From NCBI GenBank assembly GCA_009889605.1, contig WUQU01000530.1, positions 1 through 58,173 of the forward strand: DNA of 58,173 bases, given 5' to 3'. The notes beneath the pieces are model-generated. The model saw only the letters and a program-made list of their open reading frames with translations. It was not told the DNA's origin and searched no databases. A program made the translations under genes and the position numbers. Within the stretch, counting starts at the first letter, position 1, and every line of letters begins with the position of its first letter. Positions 47,741 through 57,889 of this stretch are shown in pieces. The DNA is from Candidatus Bathyarchaeota archaeon (GTDB taxonomy: Archaea; Thermoproteota; Bathyarchaeia; Bathyarchaeales; Bathycorpusculaceae).

Positions 47741-48469
47741 ATGTCTGTGTTTGCAGCTCCAGGAGCATATGACCGCGCCATAACCGTTTTCTCACCGGAT
47801 GGAAGGCTGTTTCAAGTTGAATATGCCATGGAGTTAGTCAATCGGGGGGCAACCATTTTGGGGATAAAGTGTCCTGAAGGGGTTGTTCTGGGCGCTGAAG
47901 AAACCGTTGAACCCCTTGAAGAATCTGAGTCTTCATGGAAAATTTTCAAAATTGACGATCACATAGGAACCGCAATAGTAGGATTAAGTTCAGACGCGAG
48001 GGTTTTAATAGACCAGGCGCGGATTTATGCTCAAAGTAATAAGTTAACTTATGACGAACCCATAGACGTAGAGGTTGTAACCAAACGTATATGCGATATA
48101 CAGCAGCTTTATACGCAACACGCTGGTGTCAGACCCTTTGGAGTTTCGCTAATTTTCGGCGGAGTTGACAAAACTGGAAACCGCTTATTCATAACCCATC
48201 CAAGCGGAACCTATAAAGGGCATAAGGCTACAGCCGTGGGTGCTGGAAGAGAAGTGGCGATGAATATTTTGAAGGAAGAATACCGTGAAAACCTAAGCCT
48301 TGAAGAAGCTGTCAAACTTGCAGTGAAATGTCTCGTAAAAGCTTTAGAGACGAGACAGCTTCCGCCCAGAATAAAAATAGCCGTTATTTCTTCAGCAACA
48401 AAGAAAATGAAAATGCTCAGCGAAGAAAAAGTTGAAGAATACATGAAGAACTTTGGCGCAAGCAAGTGA
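47741..48469 (+). CDS. psmA: Proteasome subunit alpha
   Basis: YDRAITVFSPDGRLFQVEYA signature. Confidence 0.95.
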   Translation: MSVFAAPGAYDRAITVFSPDGRLFQVEYAMELVNRGATILGIKCPEGVVLGAEETVEPLEESESSWKIFKIDDHIGTAIVGLSSDARVLIDQARIYAQSNKLTYDEPIDVEVVTKRICDIQQLYTQHAGVRPFGVSLIFGGVDKTGNRLFITHPSGTYKGHKATAVGAGREVAMNILKEEYRENLSLEEAVKLAVKCLVKALETRQLPPRIKIAVISSATKKMKMLSEEKVEEYMKNFGASK

Positions 48470-48476
48470 AACTGCC

Positions 48477-49166
48477 ATGGGAGAAAAGCATACAATCGCG
48501 CGCATCACCAAAGACAACGAACACTTTGAAATTCTCGTAAAACCAGAGAAAGCCCTAGACTACCGTTTAGGGAAAATATCAGCCATCTCAGAAGTTTTAG
48601 TCACTGAAACCATATTCTCAGATGCAAACAAAGGTACAAAAGTCTCCGAAGAAGCCCTCCGCAAAGCCTTCGGAACAACAGACCAGCTTAAGATCGCAGA
48701 CATAATACTGAAAAAGGGAACATTACAGCTAACAACTGAACAACGCAGGAAAATGATAGAGGAAAAAAGAAGGCAAATAGTAGCCTTCATATCAAAAAAT
48801 TGTGTAGACCCCAGGACAAACCTTACCCATCCACCTTTACGCATTGAGCAGGCCATGGAGCAAATCCACTACTCAATAGACCCGTTCAAGGCGACGGAGG
48901 AACAGGCAAGAGAAATAATTAAACTGCTTAGACAGATTCTCCCACTAAAAATGGAACAAATCTCCGTCAGCGTCCACATACCAGCGCAATATGCAGCCAG
49001 AGCCTACGGAACCATAAAAGCACTTGGAACCATAAAACGTGAAGAGTGGCGGGCAGACGGCTCTTGGAGCGGTGTTCTAGAAATGCCAGCCGGCGTATAT
49101 GCACCGTTCCTCGAAAAAATTGGAGAAATCACAAAAGGAAACGCAGAAGCAAAGGTAATATCATAA
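48477..49166 (+). CDS. SBDS/Sdo1-family ribosome maturation protein
   Basis: ARITKDNEHFEILVKPEKALDYRLGK N-terminal FYSH-like domain. Position is between psmA and rrp4. Confidence 0.88.
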   Translation: MGEKHTIARITKDNEHFEILVKPEKALDYRLGKISAISEVLVTETIFSDANKGTKVSEEALRKAFGTTDQLKIADIILKKGTLQLTTEQRRKMIEEKRRQIVAFISKNCVDPRTNLTHPPLRIEQAMEQIHYSIDPFKATEEQAREIIKLLRQILPLKMEQISVSVHIPAQYAARAYGTIKALGTIKREEWRADGSWSGVLEMPAGVYAPFLEKIGEITKGNAEAKVIS

Positions 49167-49197
49167 TTTGATTATTCATGGTTTGGATGTGTTTATT

Positions 49198-49917
49198 ATG
49201 CCAACATTTTTTGAGAAAAGACAACTTGTAACACCCGGCGACTTGCTGGCAGAAGGCGACTACATAGCCGGCGAAAACGCATATAAAGAAAACAACAAGA
49301 TTTACGCTGCACGAACAGGACTTGTGGAATATGAAGAAAAAAGGGTCAGCGTTGTAGCCTTAAGAGCCTTCTATATCCCAAAAGTAGGCGACACCGTTAT
49401 AGGAACAGTGGTTGAAGTGGGCTTCAGCGGATGGACAGTTGACATAAACTCGCCATATATGGCCATTCTAAGAGCCACAGAGGTTCTTAACAGACCGTTT
49501 AAACCGCAGAAAAACGACCTTACAGAGGTTCTTGATGTTGGAGACTTGGTTGTAGCCAAAATAGTTGCCTACGACAGAACTCACGACCCGCAGCTGAGCG
49601 TTAACGAACCTGGATTGGGAAAAATAACTCGTGGACAAATAGTGAAAATAACCCCTACAAAGATTCCCCGCGTTATAGGAAAGAAGGGTTCCATGATATC
49701 CTTGATAAAACAGGAAACGGGTTGCCACATAATTCTCGGCCATAATGGGGTTATACTAATAACAGGCAAAAGCCTAGAAGATGAGGAACTAGCCATGATG
49801 GCTATCCGAAAAATAGACGAAGAATCTCACACAACCGGATTAACGGATCGCATATCACAGCTTATTAAAAAAGAAAAGGAGAAAAAGGGAGGTAGTCAAA
49901 ATGAGTCAAAAAATTGA
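49198..49917 (+). CDS. rrp4: Exosome complex RNA-binding subunit Rrp4 (S1 + KH)
   Basis: [11 protein letters not shown]1 segment [22 protein letters not shown] segment [21 protein letters not shown]. Confidence 0.9.
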   Translation: MPTFFEKRQLVTPGDLLAEGDYIAGENAYKENNKIYAARTGLVEYEEKRVSVVALRAFYIPKVGDTVIGTVVEVGFSGWTVDINSPYMAILRATEVLNRPFKPQKNDLTEVLDVGDLVVAKIVAYDRTHDPQLSVNEPGLGKITRGQIVKITPTKIPRVIGKKGSMISLIKQETGCHIILGHNGVILITGKSLEDEELAMMAIRKIDEESHTTGLTDRISQLIKKEKEKKGGSQNESKN

Positions 49918-50635
49918 GAAACTAATTGATAAAAAGGGTTTAAGGCTTGACGGAAGAAAACCAGACGAGTTGAGGCCTATAAAAATCGAGGTAGGTGTTC
50001 TGTCAAATGCTGACGGATCAGCCTACATTGAACAGGGGAAAAACAAGATTTTAGCAGCGGTCTACGGGCCGAAAGAGGTCCATCCGAAACATATGGCTTT
50101 ACCGGACCGTATGGTTTTAAGATGCCGATATCATATGGCGCCTTTCTCTGTTCAAGAACGTAAGTCGCCAGCGCCTTCGCGGAGAGAAATTGAACTCTCA
50201 AAAGTTATTAGAGAAGCTGTAGAGCCAGCCATTTTTATGGAATATTACCCGCGGACAGCCATAGACGTCTTCGTTGAAGTCTTGCAGGCTGATGGAAGCA
50301 CAAGATGTGCAAGCATAACAGCTGCTTCCTTGGCTTTGGCAGACGCAGGCATACCCATGCGGGACTTGGTGGCAGCATGTTCAGCTGGAAAAGTCGACGA
50401 CGCCATCGTTTTGGATTTGATGGACACTGAGGACAAAGTTGGATCCGCCGATGTTCCAGTTGCTTTTATGCCAAATCTCGGCGTAATAACACTGTTACAG
50501 ATGGATGGAATCTTAACGCCTGAAGAATTTGAAAAAGCCGTTAACTTAGCAATTGAGGGGTGCAAGAAAATTTACGCTTTACAGAAGGAAGCTTTAAGGG
50601 CTAAATACCTAAGCGTTAAGGAGGTTGAAGAGTAA
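49901..50635 (+). CDS. rrp41: Exosome complex exonuclease Rrp41 (RNase PH)
   Basis: [43 protein letters not shown]. Confidence 0.93.
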   Translation: MSQKIEKLIDKKGLRLDGRKPDELRPIKIEVGVLSNADGSAYIEQGKNKILAAVYGPKEVHPKHMALPDRMVLRCRYHMAPFSVQERKSPAPSRREIELSKVIREAVEPAIFMEYYPRTAIDVFVEVLQADGSTRCASITAASLALADAGIPMRDLVAACSAGKVDDAIVLDLMDTEDKVGSADVPVAFMPNLGVITLLQMDGILTPEEFEKAVNLAIEGCKKIYALQKEALRAKYLSVKEVEE

Positions 50636-51424
50636 ATGTCAATGGTTGTCCGTGTAAAACAGAAACAAATCGCCCAGCTGATTGCTAAGGGAAAACGCCT
50701 AGACGGCAGAGGACTGCGGGATTACCGTGAAATAAAAATTGAACAGGGAATAATTGAAAAAGCAGAGGGTTCGGCGAGGGTTCTTCTTGGAAAAACAGAG
50801 GTTATGGTTGGAGTGAAAATTGAAACCGGCGAACCTTTCCCAGACACGCCCAACGAAGGAGTTTTAACAGTGAACGCGGAGCTTGTACCTTTAGCGTCGC
50901 CTACATTTGAGCCCGGTCCACCAGACGAAAACTCCATTGAACTTGCAAGAGTTGTTGACAGAGGAATAAGAGAATCAAAAGCCATCGACACGGAAAAACT
51001 TTGCATAACCCATGGCAAAAAAGTTTTCGTGGTGTTTGTTGACATTTACGTGCTTAACCATGACGGAAACTTGATTGACGCTTCAGCCTTAGCTGCGTTG
51101 GCTGCACTGCTAAACACGAAAATGTTCAACTACGAAATTGAAGAAGGCGAAGTTAAAATTAAACCTGGCTACACTTCGCTTCCATTGCGAAAACATCCTA
51201 TCGCTGTTACCTTTGCAAAAATAAACGACAACCTCGTTGTGGATCCATGGCTTGAAGAAGAACAGATAATGGATGCAAGAATAACCATAACAGTGGACGA
51301 CGACGGCAACGTATGTGCGCTTCAGAAGGGAGGAAGCGGCTATTTCACACCGAAACAGGTATTTGAGGCTGTGCAAATTGCTAGAGAAAAAGCCGAAGAA
51401 ATACGAAAAATGTTAGGATGGTGA
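50636..51424 (+). CDS. rrp42: Exosome complex subunit Rrp42
   Basis: RLDGRGLRDYREIKIEQGIIEKAEGSARVLLGKTEVMVGVK; RNase PH-like, 262 aa. Confidence 0.92.
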   Translation: MSMVVRVKQKQIAQLIAKGKRLDGRGLRDYREIKIEQGIIEKAEGSARVLLGKTEVMVGVKIETGEPFPDTPNEGVLTVNAELVPLASPTFEPGPPDENSIELARVVDRGIRESKAIDTEKLCITHGKKVFVVFVDIYVLNHDGNLIDASALAALAALLNTKMFNYEIEEGEVKIKPGYTSLPLRKHPIAVTFAKINDNLVVDPWLEEEQIMDARITITVDDDGNVCALQKGGSGYFTPKQVFEAVQIAREKAEEIRKMLGW

Positions 51425-51431
51425 AAAAGCC

Positions 51432-51722
51432 ATGGGAAAAAGAACCAAGAAAGTTGGTCCCACGAGAGGGTTAGGTCCCCGCTACGGAGCAACTGTTAGG
51501 AAACGCTACATAAAAATAATCACCGAAATGAAAAAGGATCACAGGTGTCCACAGTGTGGCCTTCCAAGAGTTAAAAGAGTAAGCGTCGGCGTTTGGAAAT
51601 GCGGCAAATGCGGTTTCACATTTACAGGCGGAGCCTACACGCCGACAACAAAACTTGGAGCCGTAGCCAAACGCGTTGCCAAAGGAATGCCGGTAGAGGA
51701 AGCCGAAGCCCCGGAAGAGTGA
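51432..51722 (+). CDS. rpl37ae: 50S ribosomal protein eL43 (L37Ae)
   Basis: GLGPRYGATVRKRY... and zinc ribbon CPQCG...CGKCG. Confidence 0.93.
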   Translation: MGKRTKKVGPTRGLGPRYGATVRKRYIKIITEMKKDHRCPQCGLPRVKRVSVGVWKCGKCGFTFTGGAYTPTTKLGAVAKRVAKGMPVEEAEAPEE

Positions 51723-51734
51723 TAGGCTGAAAAC

Positions 51735-52298
51735 TTGATATTGTTAACCACTTCGCGGAGACCTACACAAGCCATAAGAACCTTTTGTAGAGACCTATCA
51801 CATACTTTTCCCAACACGTTGCGCATAAACCGTGGAAAACTAAGCCTAGAAGGCGTGGCGGCAAAAGCCATAGACGCCAACGCTGAAAAAGTTTTGGTTG
51901 TTGAAAGGTGGAAGAGCGGCCCGGGAAAAATACAATTTTTTGAAATAAGCAAAGAAGGCTTGAGGCTTATCCCGCCATTAATTTACTTGAAGGGAGTGAA
52001 GCTTCAAAGGGAGTTTCCGGAAGCCAAGCCTAAAGGCAGAAGAATAAAGTCCCTTGCAATTGAAGCCTCAAAAAGCGGTTCTACAGAAGTTAAAAAGCTT
52101 GAGGAAGCCTTGTCAAAATTTTTTGACATCCCTATTGTTTCTGATGAGAAAAGCCTGAGAGATTATGACGCTTTAATGCAGGTTACGCTTGAACAAGGTT
52201 TTTTAACCCTCACGTTCAGACTTATTCCAGAAATGGTGGAAGTAGGACCCCGCATAAGGATATCTCATTTAATATGGGAAGTTAACCATGAAGGCTAA
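51735..52298 (+). CDS. Brix-domain ribosome biogenesis protein
   Basis: ILLTTSRRPTQAIRTFCRDL N-terminus. Conserved position after rpl37ae. Confidence 0.8.
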   Translation: MILLTTSRRPTQAIRTFCRDLSHTFPNTLRINRGKLSLEGVAAKAIDANAEKVLVVERWKSGPGKIQFFEISKEGLRLIPPLIYLKGVKLQREFPEAKPKGRRIKSLAIEASKSGSTEVKKLEEALSKFFDIPIVSDEKSLRDYDALMQVTLEQGFLTLTFRLIPEMVEVGPRIRISHLIWEVNHEG

Positions 52299-52542
52299 GG
52301 CAGTTTTACGCTTGAAGTTCCCGTCAAAAGAAAGTTTAGAGATAGCCTATAGGGCTTTAATGCCGGAAGCGGAGAAACCGGCTACAGCCCGTTCAAAGGC
52401 ATATTTAAGCATCCATGGGGATTTTTTGGTTTTGAACGTTGAAGCTAAAGACACTGTGGCGTTGCGGGCAGCCCTAAACGCCTACTTAAGATGGATTTCC
52501 GCATGCACAAGAGCACTTCAGACGTTAGAGCGTTTGGCATGA
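52288..52542 (+). CDS. pcc1: KEOPS complex subunit Pcc1
   Basis: 84 aa with ...AYRALMPE...LVLNVEAKDTVALRAALNAYLRWI pattern. Confidence 0.75.
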   Translation: MKAKAVLRLKFPSKESLEIAYRALMPEAEKPATARSKAYLSIHGDFLVLNVEAKDTVALRAALNAYLRWISACTRALQTLERLA

Positions 52543-52553
52543 CCATTTGAGAA

Positions 52554-53633
52554 TTAGCGGTCTCTTTTCCCTTTTATGTAGTCTTCAACCCATTCTTTCG
52601 CCGTTGAGTCTGGAACTTGAACTGGCGGATGTTTAAAGGCGTAGGAGGATATGCTTATCAATGGGCCGGCGATTTTACGGTCCAACGCCAGTTTAACCGC
52701 ACGTATAACGTCGATAACCACTCCCGCACTGTTAGGCGAATCCTCAACCTCAAGCTTCGCCGAAATCGTAACGGGCAGATTGCCAAACTTTCTTCCCTTA
52801 AGCGTTATATAACATATTTTTTTGTCGCCTAAGAAAGGCACATAGTCTGAAGGCCCTATACGCGTGGGCAACTCGTAGGGGACAAGGCTTGTAACGGCCT
52901 CTGTTTTGCTTATTCGCTTAGTTTTAAGCCTTTCCTCAACAGTCATGTTGAGAAAGTCTGTGTTTCCTCCAAGGTTAAGCTGATAGGTCTCATCAATAAC
53001 AACGCCTCTGTCAATGCAGAGCTTAACAAGGTTCCGATGGAGAATTGTTGCGCCAAGCTGGCTTTTCACGTCGTCGCCTGCCACCGGCAAGCCGCGATCC
53101 TCAAATTTCTTGCTCCAAACCTTGTCTGAAGCGATAAACTCTGGCATACAGTTTACAAAGGCGCATCCAGCATCTAAAGCTGCTTGGGCATAAAAGCGCG
53201 TAGCATGATAGCTTCCCACAGGCAAATAGTTTAGGAGAATTTCTGCTTTTGCCTCCTTTAAAACCTCTGCAACATCAGCGGGCTTAACTTCATTTTCGTT
53301 GTAAACGTTAAAAGCTTCCCGCATATGCGCGGCTGCCCCGTCGAGAATAGGACCGGGGGAAACTTTCACTCCTAGGGGTGGCACATCAGCGAACTTGGCG
53401 CAGCAGTTAGGCTTAGCAAATATGGCTTCAGCCAAGTCTTTGCCAATTTTGCGTTTATCCACCTCGAAGGCTGCGACAAACTTCACGTCTCTTATATGAT
53501 ATCCGCCGAAGTTGACGTGCATTAGCCCGGGAACAGTTTCGTCTTCCCGTGCATTCTTGTAGTATTCTACTCCTTGAACCAGGGCGGAGGCACAGTTGCC
53601 CACGCCGACTATGGCTACACGTATTTCTGGCAA
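52554..53633 (-). CDS. myo-Inositol-1-phosphate synthase (archaeal type)
   Basis: IRVAIVGVGNCASALVQG NAD-binding N-terminus; 359 aa. Confidence 0.88.
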   Translation of the reverse strand: MPEIRVAIVGVGNCASALVQGVEYYKNAREDETVPGLMHVNFGGYHIRDVKFVAAFEVDKRKIGKDLAEAIFAKPNCCAKFADVPPLGVKVSPGPILDGAAAHMREAFNVYNENEVKPADVAEVLKEAKAEILLNYLPVGSYHATRFYAQAALDAGCAFVNCMPEFIASDKVWSKKFEDRGLPVAGDDVKSQLGATILHRNLVKLCIDRGVVIDETYQLNLGGNTDFLNMTVEERLKTKRISKTEAVTSLVPYELPTRIGPSDYVPFLGDKKICYITLKGRKFGNLPVTISAKLEVEDSPNSAGVVIDVIRAVKLALDRKIAGPLISISSYAFKHPPVQVPDSTAKEWVEDYIKGKRDR

Positions 53634-53756
53634 ATGGCAATTCTCCTTTTACGCAATTATTGAAGGGATTAGACGAGTCTGCTCTATAACCTTTTCTAGG
53701 CTTATGGCAAGGTTAAAAGGGAACTTTAACAAACATACTTAGAAAGGTGACCGCTT

Positions 53757-54137
53757 ATGGGTGAAGGCGTAGTGGACGTAAAGTTTGAGCCCTTCAGGGA
53801 AATTGTTATAATGGAACGCAACTTTTTCGCATCTCCAGATGACATTGCAAGGTTTGCTTCCATAATTGCAGGAGGAAAAGCTGCAGGACTATATTGGGCT
53901 GAAGGCGTCGTCTTCCTCTATTTTCCTCTTCCAGCGACAACAGAAACAGCAGCTAAAGCGCTTGTAGAATCTAAACGAGTATACTGGACATTTGTTGGGT
54001 ACGCCTTAATGCCCAAATACCAGCCCTTAATTGAGACAAAAGAGAAAATAATGGTCCCCGTCATAGACATGTCTTCAAACCCCATGTTCAGAAAGGTTAC
54101 AAGCTGGCTGAAAGAACAAAAACAAACCCAGCTTTAA
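53757..54137 (+). CDS. Hypothetical protein
   Basis: 126-aa ORF with a GGTGA-type SD context. No motif recognised. Confidence 0.35.
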   Translation: MGEGVVDVKFEPFREIVIMERNFFASPDDIARFASIIAGGKAAGLYWAEGVVFLYFPLPATTETAAKALVESKRVYWTFVGYALMPKYQPLIETKEKIMVPVIDMSSNPMFRKVTSWLKEQKQTQL

Positions 54138-54161
54138 CACGTTTTACACAAACGTGAGTGC

Positions 54162-54578
54162 ATGAGAAAGCAAATCAGTGAAAATAAAGAAGCTGCAATC
54201 CTAATAAGGGGGAGAGTTTTCTCCGGAACCGGGGAAGGTGCCAAATTCATTGAACTTCCATGGGTGAAAAGGCAAATTGAAGAAAAACTCGGATTCACCC
54301 CTTATTCTGGAACCCTAAACATAAAGCTACCAAAAGACGAGGTTAAAATTAAAAAAATTTTGAAAAGGGCAAAGTCCATAGAAATTCTGCCGGCTGAAGG
54401 CTATTGTCCTGGAAAATGTTTCAAAGCACATTTAAGTAGCGGTTTAGAATGTGCCATTGTTTTGCCAGAAGTTAAAGGTTACCCAGAAGACGTCATAGAG
54501 CTTATAGCGCCTGTAAATCTGCGGGAAAAGATGAAGCTCAAAGATGGCGACATACTAGAAGTTGTGGTTACACCTTAG
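54162..54578 (+). CDS. ribK: CTP-dependent riboflavin kinase (archaeal RibK)
   Basis: GRVFSGTGEGAKFIELPWVKRQIEEKLGFTPYSGTLNIKL. Confidence 0.85.
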   Translation: MRKQISENKEAAILIRGRVFSGTGEGAKFIELPWVKRQIEEKLGFTPYSGTLNIKLPKDEVKIKKILKRAKSIEILPAEGYCPGKCFKAHLSSGLECAIVLPEVKGYPEDVIELIAPVNLREKMKLKDGDILEVVVTP

Positions 54579-56084
54579 CACCACTATTTTCCTGTTTTTC
54601 TCTGTAAAAACTCTGCAAATACTCATCTAAGCAATTATTCTTTTTCAAATACAATCCATAATTTACAAGGGCGCTCATGGCTCTTGCAGCGTCCTCTGGA
54701 GAAGAATAAGCGGGAACCCCCAGCTTGTCAAACCTTGAACGCGTGTACAAGGCCATTTCTGTTTCGCCGATGTCACATGCAACAATAGGCTTGAGGTAGT
54801 TGCGGGCAACTCTTACCACACGGTCTATGTAGTCTTCCTGCAGCGCGGGCACATGATGCAACCCAAGAAGTATTATGCCATGAATCTCCGGGTCTTGAAA
54901 AACTATTTCCGCGGCATACTCGAACATTTCTGAAGTTGCGGAGCCAGTGATATCCACCGGGTTTAAGTTTGTTGCAAACCTGGGAAGTTTTCCCTCCGCC
55001 TTAAGCTTTTCAAATTTTTGAAGTGTTTCCTCTGAAAACTGTTTAACTATTAACCCTCTAGATTCGCACTCGTCTGCGGTCATTACGCCTGCCCCGCCAG
55101 CGTCGGTTATTATGGCAACATTTTTCCCTGAAGCTGGAGGCTGCATGGACAACGCCTTTGCCATGTCAAGGAATTCCTCCATGTCCCTTGCCCTTATAAT
55201 TCCAGTTTGCTTAAAAACTGCAGTGTATATTTGGTCTGAACCAACCATGGCTCCAGTGTGAGAAGAAGCCGCTCTAGCGCCAGCCTGTGTCCTGCCTGAT
55301 TTTATCGCTATTAATGGCTTTTTCTTTGTGACTTCTTGGGCAACTTCCATAAGGCTCTTCCATTCTTTGCATCCTCGATGTACATCATTATAACTCGGGT
55401 TTCTTCGTCATAAAGTAGATAACGAAGGATTTCCGCCTCGTTTATATCACATTTGTTTCCGAAACTGACAAATTTGCTTAGGCCAATCTGCGGCCTGTCA
55501 TATAATCGAGAACCGCTACTCCGAAGGCTCCGCTTTGGGTTATCATGGCTATGTTGCCCTTCATGTGACGAGGTGTGGCAACCACTTCTTCGCCTGTTGT
55601 CAAAACTTTTGTTTCCGGCAGAAATAGCATGTCTACACCTGTTTTGAATCGTAAACCCCTAGACAGTTAGGCCCCAGTATTCTTATTCCAGATTTTTCGC
55701 TACAGCTACAATTTTCTCTTCGAGTTCACGTTTTCCAATCTCGCTGAAGCCTGAGCTTATGATGGCAACAGCCTTGACTTTTTTGGCTGCCGCATCTTCC
55801 ATTACTTCGGGAACTGTGTCCGCTGGAACAACGATTACAACCAGTTCAAGTTCTCCTGGAATTGCAGTTAATTTTGGATAACATGGAAAGCCAAGTATGG
55901 ATTTCTCATTAGGGTTAACGGGGTAGATTTCTCCTTTGAAAACGCCTCTCTCTTTGTTTTGGACAAAATTTTTAAGTATTACATGCCCGGCCTTGTTAAT
56001 CTTTTTTGTTGCTCCAACGACAGCAACAGATTTGGGATTAAAAAACACGCCAAGTTGTCTAATTGAACTTTCCATGCTGCTCAC
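54568..56084 (-). pseudogene. acdA: ADP-forming acetyl/acyl-CoA synthetase alpha subunit, disrupted by about four 1-nt deletions
   Basis: Intact N-terminal part (FNPKSVAVVGATKK...) and C-terminal part (KSGRTQAGARAASSHTGAMVGSD...). The middle (55350-55690) reads GIRILGPNCLGVYDSK / TGVDMLFLPE...ITQSGAFG / IGLSKFVSFGNKCDINE... across three alternating frames. Confidence 0.75.
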
Positions 56085-56923
56085 ATCTTTGCTCTAACAA
56101 TAACTATGGGTTTATGTTTTACTGTTTCAAGCATTTCCCAACTTACACCAGTCAAGTTCACTTTAAAGGTTTCAGCCATATCCCAAACCGTTCTGCCAGC
56201 ACCGAAGCCTCTAACACGATTTGCAAACTCGGCGATTGTCAAGGCTTCTTCAGCTGAAAGCTTGCAGCCCGCCACTGCCAAAGGCGTCGCCCTCCTTTTA
56301 AGTTTAAACATCCTCCCAGCTACGTAGGCAAGAAAACCGCCAAAAGAATGAATGCCCTTAAAAGGGTTAGGGTGAGGAGTGAAATGAAAATTTCGAAAGG
56401 AAAAAGTTTTGTCGGTGTCAACAATCATAACAAAAACTTTTCTCTTCAAACTTAACCAAATTTGCCTACGAATTTTCTCCGCTATAGCATCGGCGTTTTT
56501 TAACGGCAAACTCACATAAGAGTGGGGCAAGTTGCTTCCGTCAATGCCGCCTTCAGATCCGAACATCAAAACTTGCAGTAAATTTGCATGTTGCAAGGCG
56601 ACTTGCTTATGGCGGCTTCCCATCTCAAAAGGGTATCTCCGAAGCCTTTGGATAAGCTCCTCTCGCATATGACATACGGGACCAAGGATGTAGCCCCAGA
56701 CGACGGGCATCCACAATTTGGCGATTATTTTTGCGTTTAAACCTGGCTTGACAGAGCTTTCGTCAACGATGTTTTTGAGCGCTGTTGAAATTGCTTTTTC
56801 AGATATAACTACAAAGTCTCCATCTGCAATTTTTCCTTTAACGCTTTCAACTATTTCTTTTAGGTAATCATCGCCTGGGCGCCAGTATTTGGTGGTTACA
56901 GCGTATGCCTTATATTTAGACAT
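56081..56923 (-). CDS. F420-0:gamma-glutamyl ligase-like (CofE-fold) protein
   Basis: VVISEKAIS, GGIDGSNLP and VMIVDTDKTF resemble the PF01996 core; 280 aa. Confidence 0.6.
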   Translation of the reverse strand: MSKYKAYAVTTKYWRPGDDYLKEIVESVKGKIADGDFVVISEKAISTALKNIVDESSVKPGLNAKIIAKLWMPVVWGYILGPVCHMREELIQRLRRYPFEMGSRHKQVALQHANLLQVLMFGSEGGIDGSNLPHSYVSLPLKNADAIAEKIRRQIWLSLKRKVFVMIVDTDKTFSFRNFHFTPHPNPFKGIHSFGGFLAYVAGRMFKLKRRATPLAVAGCKLSAEEALTIAEFANRVRGFGAGRTVWDMAETFKVNLTGVSWEMLETVKHKPIVIVRAKM

Positions 56924-56958
56924 TCAAATCGCGTTTGAAATAAAAATGAAGACGGAGT

Positions 56959-57657
56959 TTAGAGGCTTCTAAACCTAGCTTTGATTTCTTCGATGTTGCA
57001 TTCTGGAGGTTTCAGTTTTCCCTCGGGGCAGAATTCAAGCTCCACACAGTTGGGCCCAGCGTTTTCGAAAATCGAAGGAGCTACCTTCTTCACTTGCCTA
57101 AGCATTTCTGTTGCCACTTCCCTCAACTCCCACTGCGTACGCGCACAGCATCGAAGGTTGAAGAAGTGGCGGAGTTCTCGAGCGTTCATAGTCACAATTA
57201 TATTTGTTTTAGCCGCGTTTGGCAAGATATACCGGGCATCCTCTTTGTGGATTCCCAAGTCTAACAGTTTTTGATAAGTTTTGGAGATGTTTTCCAGGGT
57301 TTCGTCGAAGATCTTTTTTGCTTCGGGTTTTTCCGCTATGCTCGGCGGAGTCACATATTCTTGCAGAGTGTCGTATGTAACGTAGCGTTGGCTTTGCTGC
57401 GTGTACGAGGCAATGCGGTGTCTCACAAGCTGGTGAGTCAACGCCCTAGACACTTCTTCAAGGCTGAAAGTGAAGTTTGCATGTTCTATAACTGAAACGT
57501 GCCCGTAGCCCATAATTCGTTTGAGTGTTTTCCGAGCCTTTTCCAGGTCAAGGCTTTCAAAAATTTCAGATGTGCCTCCGCTTCCAGGCGAAGTTAGAGC
57601 CGCAGCTGCACAAACTCTTTCGGGATCTGGTGTATAGCAAAGTAGTTTAACCTTCAT
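56959..57657 (-). CDS. thyX: FAD-dependent thymidylate synthase ThyX
   Basis: ThyX motif VRHRIASYTQQSQRY; 232 aa. Confidence 0.92.
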   Translation of the reverse strand: MKVKLLCYTPDPERVCAAAALTSPGSGGTSEIFESLDLEKARKTLKRIMGYGHVSVIEHANFTFSLEEVSRALTHQLVRHRIASYTQQSQRYVTYDTLQEYVTPPSIAEKPEAKKIFDETLENISKTYQKLLDLGIHKEDARYILPNAAKTNIIVTMNARELRHFFNLRCCARTQWELREVATEMLRQVKKVAPSIFENAGPNCVELEFCPEGKLKPPECNIEEIKARFRSL

Positions 57658-57889
57658 TTTTAGCCCTCCCCCCTTACTTTAGCGTGAAAGCAATAAATCT
57701 GTTTTGTTCACATTTCTGTGTAGGTGCCAATTTTGGCAAGGGAGAAGAAAGCTATCAACTACATAAACGATTTACGCTTAAGCGAGACAGAAAAACAGCG
57801 TGTGCTTGGAAACCTTTTGCTTTTTAAAATATGAGAAATGAACGAAAACTCTCTCCTTGAAGGACTTTTTAGATTTTAACGATTTCATA

